A stretch of 64,000 bases of DNA, from positions 1 through 64,000 of the IMG/VR virus record IMGVR_UViG_3300031595_000166; one strand, given 5' to 3'. Both the position numbers and the translations under genes were made by a program. This document shows, one piece after another, positions 30,517-40,906 of this stretch (position 1 is its first letter; every line of letters starts with the position of its first letter). This DNA is from a virus. The notes under the pieces are model-generated. The model did no database searches. It saw nothing but the letters and a program-made list of their open reading frames with translations, and had not been told where the DNA came from.

Positions 30517-31297
30517 AATAAATTGCTTTCCTCAATGCAAGCATCAACTCGTTCTTTTTTTCATCATCAAGTTTTTCCAATACTTGATTTACCGCAATAC
30601 CAGCCCAACCGGCATTATCTTTCATACCAGTTGCAATTGCATTCTCGAATGCTGCTTTGCTTGTAGGATCACTCCACATTGACGCCATTAGGAATGCGCC
30701 CTTGTCATAATTTCTTTCAATTAGTTTTGGAATCTCGCTCGCTGCCAACGCAGGATTACTTATACGCATTCCTAAAAATGATGGACTCCACCAAAATACA
30801 GAACATTCATTCCATACATTGTGCCACCATTGTTCAATTAGAATCTCTCTATCTTGAATGTAAGCGTATGCAATCATACCTTCACGATATGTGGTTTTCA
30901 ACTTTAAATCATCACAACCAATTACTTGTTTATGTTTCAATAACCATCTGTATAATAGAACTTTACATTCTTTCAATTTAGAATTGGCAATGATATTAAA
31001 AATACCGCGTAATAGTTCGTGGCTTTCTTTTTCTTTATCATGTAATATATTATGTAGTATAAATCCAACTGCTGGAGCAATCCTTCTTCTATATTCCTCA
31101 TTAGAATCAATAAATAGATTTATAACATCAGTAGAAGTTCCACCGTTATGATGAATAATTGGACCGTTCAATCCCGGTTTATCAATTCTTTTTTTAATCA
31201 ACTCGGCAATCTCATTTGGATCAAAAGACTTTTTCATAGCCTTTACCCAAGGATCGCGTTTGATATAACTATCTTTTAGATCTTGTTGCTGATACAT
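30509..31297 (-). CDS. hypothetical helical protein
   Basis: 262 aa ORF. Confidence 0.7.
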   Translation of the reverse strand: MYQQQDLKDSYIKRDPWVKAMKKSFDPNEIAELIKKRIDKPGLNGPIIHHNGGTSTDVINLFIDSNEEYRRRIAPAVGFILHNILHDKEKESHELLRGIFNIIANSKLKECKVLLYRWLLKHKQVIGCDDLKLKTTYREGMIAYAYIQDREILIEQWWHNVWNECSVFWWSPSFLGMRISNPALAASEIPKLIERNYDKGAFLMASMWSDPTSKAAFENAIATGMKDNAGWAGIAVNQVLEKLDDEKKNELMLALRKAIYYA

Positions 31298-31606
31298 CTG
31301 ATACCTTAGTATGATTTCTTTTCTGCAATACTTCTTGCAACATCAACCAACGGTTCAAGTTCCGGTTCAATTGGAATTAGCTTTACTTTGCTTGGATCAT
31401 ATCGCCTACAACATACACAAGTTTTAGAATTGAACTTATTTACTAATTGAAGTATTGATTTTGATTGCCCGTTATCAATAAGTTTTTCGTTAATAAACGA
31501 CTTCAATAGCGCTGGGTTTTCAAAAACTGATTTTATCAATGCAGAAAACTCATGCTTGATCAATGATACCTTATCGCTTGGTGAAAAATCTGAAAACTTT
31601 GCCATG

Positions 31607-31855
31607 TTAGTTCATTTCCTTTTTATTATCACTGTGTTCAGCACGAACAATTAGGTTGTTATTGTCCTTTGCAGAAACGAAAATAATCTTGTTTGGTAAA
31701 TTAATACGGAGGCTCTTGATATGTTTATCAAGGATTGCGTCTGCACATCGAATTAGGATTTTAGATCCAATGTCTTCATCTGGCGCAGACACTTCGATTG
31801 AACGATCGAGCATAACCGCTTCTTGACCAATTAGCATAAAAGACTGTGGTTTCAT
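31607..31855 (-). CDS. hypothetical protein
   Basis: GAGGAG RBS; directly downstream of the promoter at 31873-31901. Confidence 0.7.
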   Translation of the reverse strand: MKPQSFMLIGQEAVMLDRSIEVSAPDEDIGSKILIRCADAILDKHIKSLRINLPNKIIFVSAKDNNNLIVRAEHSDNKKEMN

Positions 31856-31872
31856 TGCACTCTCCTCACAAC

Positions 31873-31901
31873 AATGTAAGGCTCCGTGCCCGCCAAGTCA
31901 A
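31873..31901 (-). promoter_or_regulatory. sigma70-type promoter
   Basis: TTGACT-17-TACATT. Confidence 0.7.
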
Positions 31902-31926
31902 TGTGGATGCTTGCGCCCAGTGTGCG

Positions 31927-32346
31927 CTACCGTCTTACAACCAGCGCGCCCACAATAATCAATGCCATACCAATAACTTTCATCATAGTTATCTGTTCTC
32001 CGAAGAATATCGAAGTCAAAATCAATGTTATTACAATTGGCGAAGTCATAGATATTGAATACAATGTAGCAACATTATTGCTATCACGAATAGCATATAT
32101 GAATGCAAGCCCTGCCATTGTTGCAGATAGCGTTGCAAGCATTGCCCACATTGCACCAATAACATTAAATGGTTGTGCTACCTTTGTAGAAAGAATGTAG
32201 ATATATATTGGTAATAATGCTATACCAACACAACAATTCACTATATGAATTTGAAACGGATGTAGATGTCTTGTTGCCAACTTTAAAAAGAAACTCCAAA
32301 ATCCATATCCAAGAATAGATATAATGATTAGGTATTTACTATTCAT
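31927..32346 (-). CDS. EamA/DMT-family small membrane transporter
   Basis: About five TM helices; SPIVITLILTSIFFGEQIT...IGMALIIVGA. Confidence 0.85.
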   Translation of the reverse strand: MNSKYLIIISILGYGFWSFFLKLATRHLHPFQIHIVNCCVGIALLPIYIYILSTKVAQPFNVIGAMWAMLATLSATMAGLAFIYAIRDSNNVATLYSISMTSPIVITLILTSIFFGEQITMMKVIGMALIIVGALVVRR

Positions 32347-32347
32347 A

Positions 32348-33046
32348 TCACGACCACAAGTATTTTCTAATACCTAATACACGAATAAGCATTTCTTCTA
32401 ACTTATCTTCGTTTCTTTTATTAAGATTTTGTAAATTATCCCACAATTGTTTTGTATCAGGTGATTTACTTCGTTTTGCTTTACTCCAAGCAGTCATCGC
32501 ATCATCGGCTTCCTTATATTCGAGTTTTCGATCCTTATTCCACCAATGATAGATTGCATAGATTTCAGTGTATTTATCTAATTGCGTTTGTAAAATTGGT
32601 TCTTTTGCAACCTCTTCTGCTGTTGGCATATACATACGCTGACGCAATACGAAGTTAGTCAATAGATTGAATATCGCATATACCATTTTTGTATCGGTAT
32701 CAATATACCCGTGTCGGTAATGATCAGCATCTCCAATCTTATTCCTTTTTGGTTGGCGAAGATCAAGAATATGATCTCGCTCAATAATGAATGATATGAA
32801 CCAGTATTTGAAGTCGTGAAGTTTCCATCCAATTAGACTAAGCCAAGCATAACGAATGAATGTCGGAAGTGTTGATGCGAAAAAGAACTTCACGGGGTAA
32901 ATCTTTTTTAGGTGATCGTAATAGTCATCCCATGTTGGACTACCATCATCATTACCAAAATCTCTCATTGGCATAGCATTGCAGTGATCTGACATTCCTA
33001 ATTGTTTAGGATTTGGAAACTTGAAAATCTTTGTGAAGTATAGCAT
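32348..33046 (-). CDS. hypothetical phage protein
   Basis: 232 aa; IYHWW...R and RKYLWS end pattern. Confidence 0.65.
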   Translation of the reverse strand: MLYFTKIFKFPNPKQLGMSDHCNAMPMRDFGNDDGSPTWDDYYDHLKKIYPVKFFFASTLPTFIRYAWLSLIGWKLHDFKYWFISFIIERDHILDLRQPKRNKIGDADHYRHGYIDTDTKMVYAIFNLLTNFVLRQRMYMPTAEEVAKEPILQTQLDKYTEIYAIYHWWNKDRKLEYKEADDAMTAWSKAKRSKSPDTKQLWDNLQNLNKRNEDKLEEMLIRVLGIRKYLWS

Positions 33047-33414
33047 TATTTGACCAATTCCTCTCGTATCATAACTCCCAATTCATAAGCGAACTCTTCT
33101 CGATCATATTCGGATTTGGGATATCCATCGAAGCCTTTTTGAAAAGATCTAACCCAATTTGTATTCGTATCTAATAATTTTTCAATTGAATAACCGCGTC
33201 CGCTTGCTAAATGTTTTGGTATTTTTTCTTGATCTGCAAGCAACACACACGCTAATGCACAACAAGTTTGATCTTTTTTTGGTGCCCAGTGTTCTTTGCC
33301 TTTTGTAGATTTCCATTCAATTCCCCAAGATTGAATACCAAGTTTTATACCCTTTGTTGTAATGGTCTTTATAGCATTACGAATAATTTGTTCTCGTTCC
33401 CCATCAGTTAGCAT
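33046..33414 (-). CDS. hypothetical protein
   Basis: 122 aa; CCALAC and F..GFDG. Confidence 0.6.
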   Translation of the reverse strand: MLTDGEREQIIRNAIKTITTKGIKLGIQSWGIEWKSTKGKEHWAPKKDQTCCALACVLLADQEKIPKHLASGRGYSIEKLLDTNTNWVRSFQKGFDGYPKSEYDREEFAYELGVMIREELVK

Positions 33415-34048
33415 AATATCAATAACTTTTCTAATTGTTTCGCTGTTTTGATATCAAACAATTTATAACCATCAAAAACTTTGATTAGCCTTTCCCTACG
33501 ATCAGGTGATGGAAACATATGCATTATGAATGTATGTTCTTGGCTCCATTCGATTGCATAAGGCTGAATATTTTTCATCGCATAACTAAATTTGGTTTCG
33601 TCTTCTTCGGTAAAATGTAATATATCACAATCATTACAATATTTATGGTCTAATTCTCCGCTACACCTAATGCAATGGATATTGGCTGGATGTTTCATAT
33701 CAATATCAATAACTTTTCTAACTGCTCTTCTGTTCTAATATCGAATAACTTCCAACCATCAAGTTCGGCAATAGTACCATCCATATATTGACCTGATGTT
33801 TTTGATGTTTGGATCCATTCTTCTTTTAGAATAGTTGTTATTTTCTTATTATTAGGAATATCATATTCCCATCTAATTAGATATTTCAGGCTTATGGTTC
33901 GTTCCGCGCATCCCCAGCTTTTGTTATAAAACTTCGGATCGCCATAATATGTAATGGCGCAATCATCACATTTACTATTATATATTTGAGTTGCTTCCCG
34001 AGTTGTAGATTTACACGATATACAAAAATAGTTTTTATTCGTTGTCAT
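33408..34048 (-). CDS. two tandem paralogous CxxC...CxDC proteins (33408..33698 and 33695..34048)
   Basis: Shared DG(Y/W)KLFDI(K/R)T..QLEKLLIL(C/I). Confidence 0.72.
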
Positions 34049-34230
34049 CTTCGTCCGTATCTTTATCTACCTCTTCAAGCAACTCTCTTTGCTCATTCTT
34101 TTGACCACCACGAGGTGTGTTTTTAGATTTCATCGGCGCCATACCAGCCACACGAGAACGCGCAGATATAACATTGGAATTGCGAGGAACGGATTTAGTT
34201 TTCTTCTTTTTGTTTTTAGACATTGCGAGC

Positions 34231-34479
34231 CTATGTTAGTATTAGATACTTTTCGATTTCATCGAGATATTTTGCATGGTCTTCATAATCTAATTTCCAA
34301 GATTTGAAAATTACTTGGAGCGGAAGGGTTTTATTTTCATTATCCCACATGAATGCTTTCACTAATGTTTTAGGAACATTCATATTACGATTTTCAATAA
34401 ATCTTGTTATCTCTACCCATGTAGCAACGCCCCCTAATTTATACATATATTCTTTTAGATCATCTTCATCTTTGGACAT
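34231..34479 (-). CDS. family A-related small protein, tail EKYLILT
   Basis: ENRNMNVPKTL; start moved to MSKDEDD because the annotated 5' part overlaps a promoter. Confidence 0.65.
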   Translation of the reverse strand: MSKDEDDLKEYMYKLGGVATWVEITRFIENRNMNVPKTLVKAFMWDNENKTLPLQVIFKSWKLDYEDHAKYLDEIEKYLILT

Positions 34480-34543
34480 TTGTATCACCGTGTAGGGAAA
34501 ACTGCTAGGAACGGCTACCGCTTTGGCGCCGTTCCCTGCTCTA

Positions 34544-34572
34544 ACAATAGCCATCGATTACCGCTTTGTCAA
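34544..34572 (-). promoter_or_regulatory. sigma70-type promoter followed by a strong 5' hairpin
   Basis: TTGACA-17-TATTGT; transcript starts with GGGAACGGC...GCCGTTCCT hairpin. Confidence 0.65.
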
Positions 34573-34581
34573 GCCCATAAT

Positions 34582-34851
34582 AGTTGAGCAAGGTTTCGCT
34601 AAATAATGTCTGGTTGTGTATTGTTTGTTTATGACAAGATTGTTCTACAATCATCTGGCTTTGTTCATGTGATGAGCACGTCTGGCGAGGTTGCATCTCT
34701 GCGAGCACATATCACTGTGCGTTTTCGTGTTTGGAATGCCGTCGCATTATTTTGTTGTCGAGTTCAATGCCCTTTGAGTTTATCGCTCTTGGGTTATCAT
34801 TGCCAGCACACGATCGGAGATACATTACATATCAAGCGAGCGCGCCCAACT
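34582..34851 (-). ncRNA. candidate 270-nt structured RNA
   Basis: Intergenic on the coding strand and GC-enriched; ends pair (AGTTGGGC/GCTCAACT, TCGCT/AGCGA, ATGT/ACAT). Confidence 0.5.
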
Positions 34852-35106
34852 TTTGCTGGAAAATCTAGGTTTTACTTTCAAGTTTCCATACATCGTTTTG
34901 TAAATCAACGATCATATCATTTAAGTGCTTAATGCAATCCTTTATGTTTTCGTGTTCGCCTTCTTTGAATTCTGGCTTTGGATATTCATATCTTCCTTCT
35001 TTATTTTTTCCAATAATGTAAGACTTTATAATCCCGCCACAAAATACACACTTAATACCAGACTCTGTTTCTTCGGCTTCTAGTTTAGTTTTATTTTTTG
35101 TTTTAC

Positions 35107-35817
35107 TCATGGCGATGAGCTTACTTTTTTGATTGGCTTTGATTTTTTTACAATCGTGCCGCCTGCAATAGCTGGATTTGTTTTTGCTGGAACTGCACCA
35201 CTAATACTTCCACCACCAATATGATTTATAGAACCAGTTGATTTCGTAATGCTCTTTGAAGAAGAACTACTACTGGATTTCGTTGGTTTCAACGAACTTA
35301 GTTTATTTACTGCATCCTTCATTTTTTCTTCAATCGTTTTTTCTTTCTTTACAATCGGTTTGGAAGATAGATCAAGTTTCTTTGGTGTATATCCGACGGT
35401 CTTGAAAAACTCTTCTCTTGGTATCCTATAATATTTTATACCATCTTGTTCTGCGTTTTCTAACTTTGATATGTTTTCTCGAATGCGAACAATTGCATTT
35501 CCGCCATTAACATCTTGACCAATTATCCATATGGCTTTATGTAAAACATAATCTTTACCCGGAGCAGTGTGATCGAATGTTCTTGGCATATCCCACATAG
35601 AATCCATTTCAGAAAGAACAACGAATGCCTCTGTTGGTGAGATTGTCTTGGCAATATTTACCATATCGGGAAGGCTTAGATCACCAGCGCCGAGTTTTTC
35701 TCCTTGTAAATTATACCAGCCAGCATTGTTGATTATGCTGTTGTGTCGCATTTGATTATTTGATAGTCCGAAAGATTTGCATTTTATGTCTCCGAACATT
35801 GATTTTGTGAGTTTCAT
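35107..35817 (-). CDS. hypothetical protein with Ser/Lys-rich disordered tail
   Basis: HNSIINNAGWYN..GEKLGAGDL motif. Confidence 0.7.
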   Translation of the reverse strand: MKLTKSMFGDIKCKSFGLSNNQMRHNSIINNAGWYNLQGEKLGAGDLSLPDMVNIAKTISPTEAFVVLSEMDSMWDMPRTFDHTAPGKDYVLHKAIWIIGQDVNGGNAIVRIRENISKLENAEQDGIKYYRIPREEFFKTVGYTPKKLDLSSKPIVKKEKTIEEKMKDAVNKLSSLKPTKSSSSSSSKSITKSTGSINHIGGGSISGAVPAKTNPAIAGGTIVKKSKPIKKVSSSP

Positions 35818-35827
35818 TTTGTTTCTT

Positions 35828-36112
35828 TCATAGTAGTAATAGATATTTATCTATTTCGTCTGCATACTTTTTATATTGGGGATTGAGTTGCTTATTTCTA
35901 AGGATCGCAAAATCTATACCATTCCCGAGTGCTTTATGATACCACACGAATGCTTTTATTAGATTAGGAATAACTGGTAATTTTCTTCGTTCATACGCCC
36001 TGATGACTGCGTCCGCAAGTTCTATTGATATTCCTTCGGTATTAACACTGGCTTTCTCTCGAAAATCAGTATCTACTATCAATGGAATATCTAACATATA
36101 TTCTACAAACAT
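35828..36112 (-). CDS. family A small protein
   Basis: IVDTDF...AYERRKLPVIPNL...DKYLLLL. Confidence 0.75.
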   Translation of the reverse strand: MFVEYMLDIPLIVDTDFREKASVNTEGISIELADAVIRAYERRKLPVIPNLIKAFVWYHKALGNGIDFAILRNKQLNPQYKKYADEIDKYLLLL

Positions 36113-36113
36113 A

Positions 36114-37538
36114 TTATATCAGTTGCTTTTGTATTCTGTTCAATACTACTTCTTTACCCATCACTCCCATTACTTGGAATAATTCAGGGCTTTGTGTCCG
36201 ACCATAAATCGCGCATCTTGTTGGTTGTCCGATCTCTTTTATAGTCATTCCATTTTGTGTTAGCCAATCATTTGTTGCCGTTCTAAGATTATTTTCCGTC
36301 CAATCATTTACGGATTGAAGGAATGTATTGAATGCGGATAGTTTTGTTTTGGCTTCTGGTGTGAGTATTTTTTCGACTGCTGATTGGTCAATGGAGATGT
36401 CGGAACGGAGAACTGGCTCTAACTCCGTTGCTGCGTCCAATAGTGTGCGGGCGCGTGTCCTCACCAGCGGTATTAGTGATGTAAGTCGTCTGGCGCAGAT
36501 GTCAATGCCACGGGCTGTAATGAATGGTAGGAGGTGATCGGCATACACATTATCTGGCGTCAATGTGTTGCTTTTCAGATGTTCATAATTTATGACCGAT
36601 GCCTTGACTGGATCAAACTTACCATCTTTACGAACACAATTTTCAAGTGAAAACTTTTCAATTAGTTCATTAATCGAAAACAATTCTTGATCTTTATAAC
36701 CAAAACCAAGTCTTGCAACAATATTCAATAGAGCTTGTGGTGTATATCCTAAATCTCGAAACTGGAAAACGCTTGCAGCACCATCGCGCTTCGATAACTT
36801 GGATCCTGATTGTGATAGAATGAGGGGGAGATGTCCTTGAATAGGTGGTTCCCACCCGAACGCTTGATATAGCATCAGTTGGCAATTTGCATTAACCATA
36901 TGTTCGCGTCCGCGAATAATATGAGTTATTTCCATTAGATGGTCATCAATAGTCGCACCAAAATTATACATTGCTTGACCATCAGATCGTATAATTATGA
37001 AGTCCTGATTTTCAAAATTAGGTGTGCGCACTGTCTTGAACACCTGATCATCATATTCAATATGACCATCAAGCGGAGCCTTAAATCTAATTACATAATT
37101 TTTAGTTCGATCGTATCCTTTGTCAATGCAGGTTCGTGGATATTTGAATACTGATTTTGGATTATTGGCTTCTATTTCTTTTCGTTGTCGATCTAATTCT
37201 TCTGGTGTGCAATAACAACGATATGCTTTACCTTCTTTGATTAATTGTTCTGCATAATGCTTGTAAATATCTTTGCGCTCGCTTTGACGATACGGAACAT
37301 CATTGCTTACGCCAATACCTTGTTGCCAATCTAACCCGAGCCAACGAAGACTATCGAGAATTGTATTTTCGCTTGCGTCCGATGATCTTTTTTGATCTGT
37401 GTCCTCGACCCTTACCAAGAAAATCCCATTGTGTTTCTTTGCAAGTAGCCAATTATATAGGGCTGTTCTAGCCCCGCCAATATGTAATGAACCGCTCGGA
37501 CTTGGAGAAAATCTTGTCTTCATTAGTTTTTCTTTCAT
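36114..37538 (-). CDS. gltX: glutamyl-tRNA synthetase
   Basis: RFSPSPSGSLHIGGART (HIGH), RVEDTD, YRCYC, DDHLMEITHIIRG, KLSKR (KMSKS) and a complete anticodon-binding domain. Confidence 0.96.
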   Translation of the reverse strand: MKEKLMKTRFSPSPSGSLHIGGARTALYNWLLAKKHNGIFLVRVEDTDQKRSSDASENTILDSLRWLGLDWQQGIGVSNDVPYRQSERKDIYKHYAEQLIKEGKAYRCYCTPEELDRQRKEIEANNPKSVFKYPRTCIDKGYDRTKNYVIRFKAPLDGHIEYDDQVFKTVRTPNFENQDFIIIRSDGQAMYNFGATIDDHLMEITHIIRGREHMVNANCQLMLYQAFGWEPPIQGHLPLILSQSGSKLSKRDGAASVFQFRDLGYTPQALLNIVARLGFGYKDQELFSINELIEKFSLENCVRKDGKFDPVKASVINYEHLKSNTLTPDNVYADHLLPFITARGIDICARRLTSLIPLVRTRARTLLDAATELEPVLRSDISIDQSAVEKILTPEAKTKLSAFNTFLQSVNDWTENNLRTATNDWLTQNGMTIKEIGQPTRCAIYGRTQSPELFQVMGVMGKEVVLNRIQKQLI

Positions 37539-37666
37539 TTCACATTTTTATTTTTATCTAAATATACCAACAAGATGATGTATGTTCAATATTATCTAAA
37601 AGAAACATCATACCAATAACAAGTCCAACAATAATAAATAATACCATTTTATCTTCCTACAATTAT

Positions 37667-37695
37667 AATCTAACCACTCCACCGCACCCCGTCAA
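37667..37695 (-). promoter_or_regulatory. sigma70-type promoter upstream of gltX
   Basis: TTGACG-17-TAGATT. Confidence 0.7.
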
Positions 37696-37986
37696 GCCAC
37701 ATCCTGCGACAACGCAATACACTTTTTACAATTTACTTTACTCGGCCAGCAAATCCATCCCCACAACCTATACCATTTCTTTTGCACATTGTTTTTAGCG
37801 CACAATGGTAAGTTTTCCTGAACATTAGCCAAGTGGAATGTCTTATTCTCTTTATTCATTCTTTTAGAATGCTCAACGATATTATCATCAGCATTTTTTA
37901 TTGATTTATTGACTTCTTTTATACTGTATTTTTTTCCCATTCTCCACCAACAACCTTCCACCAACGAACGCGAATGTTATTACTCA

Positions 37987-38468
37987 TTATGCTTTTCTCC
38001 AATCATAACTTTGATCTGGTAATCTCGTGTATTTTACCTTATTCCAATAACCTAACATATTAGGGTTATCAATCTCCCACTCCTCAATTGAGACAATTCT
38101 ATCACCATTATTCAGGAGATACTTATCTCCTGCTTGTTTTGCATCATTAAGTGATTGATGAACACTAAGCATGTCATCACATTCGCCATTGCCATAGAAT
38201 AATATAAATACACTATTCATTTTGTTATGATTTCTCCAAGTGTAAAAGATGGTTCTGATTTTACCCATTCTCCACCAACAACCTTCCCCCAACTCACATT
38301 ATATTCCACCGCCCCAATATACCATTCAAAAATATTTACATATTTTGATTTCCATCCAGCCAGCAATATTTCATCACCATATTTCATAGCCTCATCCAAT
38401 GACAAGAAAATTGGCGTGTTATTGTCTTGGTATCCGTTGCCCGGAATTACTTGAAAGATACTATTCAT
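37987..38468 (-). CDS. two tandem paralogs (37987..38220 MNSVF... and 38217..38468 MNSIF...)
   Basis: Shared GNG...SL..A...GD..L...I.EW.I pattern. Confidence 0.6.
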
Positions 38469-38633
38469 TTTTCATCTCATCCTTTACCCATTCAATCAAT
38501 TCTATAATAAAATTACACTTACCATTATTTTCGTGATCGTAATCTGACATTGAGGTAATATAAGGATCGCCGGCGTTTTGTATCATTTGAAGTTCGGATT
38601 TCAAGTGTTCAAGTAATTTTTGCTGGAATGTTA

Positions 38634-40049
38634 TCATTGTAATATCAATAACTCATTATGTCTTTCACAAACTGCCATCGCTTCTTCTTTTGTGTCAAAC
38701 TTACAATCATCTGGCGTGCTATTGCCAAAAATAGTAATATCACTTGTACGAAGATTTTTGGTCAGAAAACGAATATTACCATTATTGACAATATATAATA
38801 TATTATAATATAATTCATTTTTTACGGAAGCAACGGAATACTTATATGGCACAAACCAAGTTTCATTCCATTTATGTTGATGCTTACCTCCATATACCCA
38901 TTCCATAATAAATCCTATTGCAAAACCAGTCGTTGATTATATCTTTCACAAGCTACCATTGCTTTTTCTTTTGTGGCAAACTTATGATCTGGTCGAAGAC
39001 CATTGTTATTTAGTAATGTTGTAGATACTGATCTTTTATTTAGCCAATGTATTTCGATATCGTCGATATGATTTTGACAAACCATAGTGCACCACCAACC
39101 GTTATTTGCTACACCTTGATACATCACACTATAAGTGTAAAATCCTTCGCGAGCAACAAAATAATGTAAATAACAATTATTCTCTTTTGCTATTGACCAT
39201 TCTAACATATTATTTCCTTATTGTAATATCAATAACTCATAATGTCTTTCACAAACGGCTTTTGCTTCTTCTGGCATCTTGAAAAAACAATCATCTGGCA
39301 AACTATCAACCCTACTTGTAATACAATGCATATGAAGTCTGTCTGACAGATATCCGCCCAAACTTTTTGGCGGAGTATAAACTATATACCACCCACTTTT
39401 ACTATATTGTAAATATACAATGTCATACCATCCACGATCTGTATTTGATATATATCGGTCATCACCACTCAATGCATCACTATCATATTTCCATTCCATA
39501 GTAAAACCTATTGTAAAATCAATAATTTGTGATGGCGTTCGCATATCTCTTGCGCTTCTTCTTTCGTGGCGAACTCACAATTAGATTGTAGTCCTTGTGC
39601 TTCTGCTATTCCATAACCGCATTCTATGTTAAGATTATTAGATAGGAAGCCACCGAGCATATCTGGTGGATTATATGATGAACACCACTTGCCATAATAA
39701 CTAATCACACAATAATCATTTCCATCATCAAGATGTGCTTCCCAATAACCTGTATCAGTTTCTAACCAATTCATTTTTAGAACCCTTATTGCAAAATTAG
39801 TAATTTGTAATGTCTTTCGCAAACTTCCATTGCTTGTTTTTTGGTCGTGAATTGACAATTAGTTTTTAACGGATCGCCATAATAAGTTTCTATACGAAGT
39901 CTATTTGATAGATAGCCAGCATACCTATTTAGATTTGGGGTATAATTAGCGACCCAAAATCCATCCCTAACAAAAACCCTGTAATCATGATCGAAGTCAT
40001 CTTTGAATGGATGAGCCTCATAATGAAATCTCTTAGGGATCCATTCCAT
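38634..40049 (-). CDS. five tandem paralogous small proteins (family C): 38634..38906, 38915..39208, 39218..39499, 39508..39774, 39786..40049
   Basis: All start M(E/N/LE)W and end FxxxExAxxxCER(H/Y)xxLxLQ. Confidence 0.8.
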
Positions 40050-40889
40050 TTAGAAACCTATACACTGTGCTGTTGGCAGTCGGGCTTTCATAATTTTGAC
40101 TGCGTCGGGGTTATTATCTATCATTACATAACCACGATTATTATTCTCTGCTGATTGCCCAAGGGAACCGCTTCCAGCAAAAAAATCTAATACTATATCA
40201 CCTTCATTAGAATGAACTTTGACTATACGATCTAAAACACCAAGTGGCTTCTGCGTTGGGTAATTTTGCTTTTCCTTACCCATTGTTGGAACGATTGTTT
40301 TGAACCAAACATCTGTTGGAGTTTTACCACGCTCTGCTTTTTCTTTTCCCACAAGTCCGGGCGCGAGATATGGAATACGATCCATTGCATCAAAATTGAA
40401 AACATATCCGCCTTTATTTGGATTCATCGCATAAAATAAAATCGTGTCGTGTTTTGCTGGCCATTTACTTTTTGATCTGGCTCCGTAGTCATAAGCCCAT
40501 ATTAATTCATTGACAAACCTATGGCGTCCGAGCATCTTGTCCAATGCAACCTTGATATAATGAACTTCTCTGTAATCTAAATGGACGAACAATGCTCCGT
40601 TGTCTGTTAGACAATGCAATGATGCTTCTATGCGTGGCATAAGGAATGCTGGGAAGTCATCGAACTTATCGTTGTAGATATTTGATGAGCCTTCTGCTTC
40701 TGTTGTTATGAATTGTTTTCCAGCGAATCCTGTTCGATCGCCTTCGCCATCTGTTGCTTTGACTTTTATTCTTTTGCGTTGTTGAACTTTTCCAGTCGAG
40801 AACGGACTATCGATGTAGATTAGTCGTGCAAAATTATTAGGAAGTGTCGGTAGCACTTCGAGATTATCACCGAGAATTATTTGTTTCAT
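40050..40889 (-). CDS. N6-adenine/N4-cytosine DNA methyltransferase (beta class)
   Basis: GDNL, motif IV variant YIDSPF, YPTQKP and motif I LDFFAGSGS. Confidence 0.9.
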   Translation of the reverse strand: MKQIILGDNLEVLPTLPNNFARLIYIDSPFSTGKVQQRKRIKVKATDGEGDRTGFAGKQFITTEAEGSSNIYNDKFDDFPAFLMPRIEASLHCLTDNGALFVHLDYREVHYIKVALDKMLGRHRFVNELIWAYDYGARSKSKWPAKHDTILFYAMNPNKGGYVFNFDAMDRIPYLAPGLVGKEKAERGKTPTDVWFKTIVPTMGKEKQNYPTQKPLGVLDRIVKVHSNEGDIVLDFFAGSGSLGQSAENNNRGYVMIDNNPDAVKIMKARLPTAQCIGF

Positions 40890-40906
40890 ATGTATATACC
40901 TGTTAA

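Noticed and set aside
34606-34932. 108-aa plus-strand ORF
   Set aside because: It is opposite to the local strand, overlaps a minus-strand gene, has no RBS and has atypical composition.
36478-36505. Internal promoter in gltX (TTGACA-16-TACATC)
   Set aside because: The spacer is short and the -10 box lacks the conserved final T; plausible given the local GC patch but not supportable. The same applies to TTGCGG-16-TAGGTT at 58468-58495.
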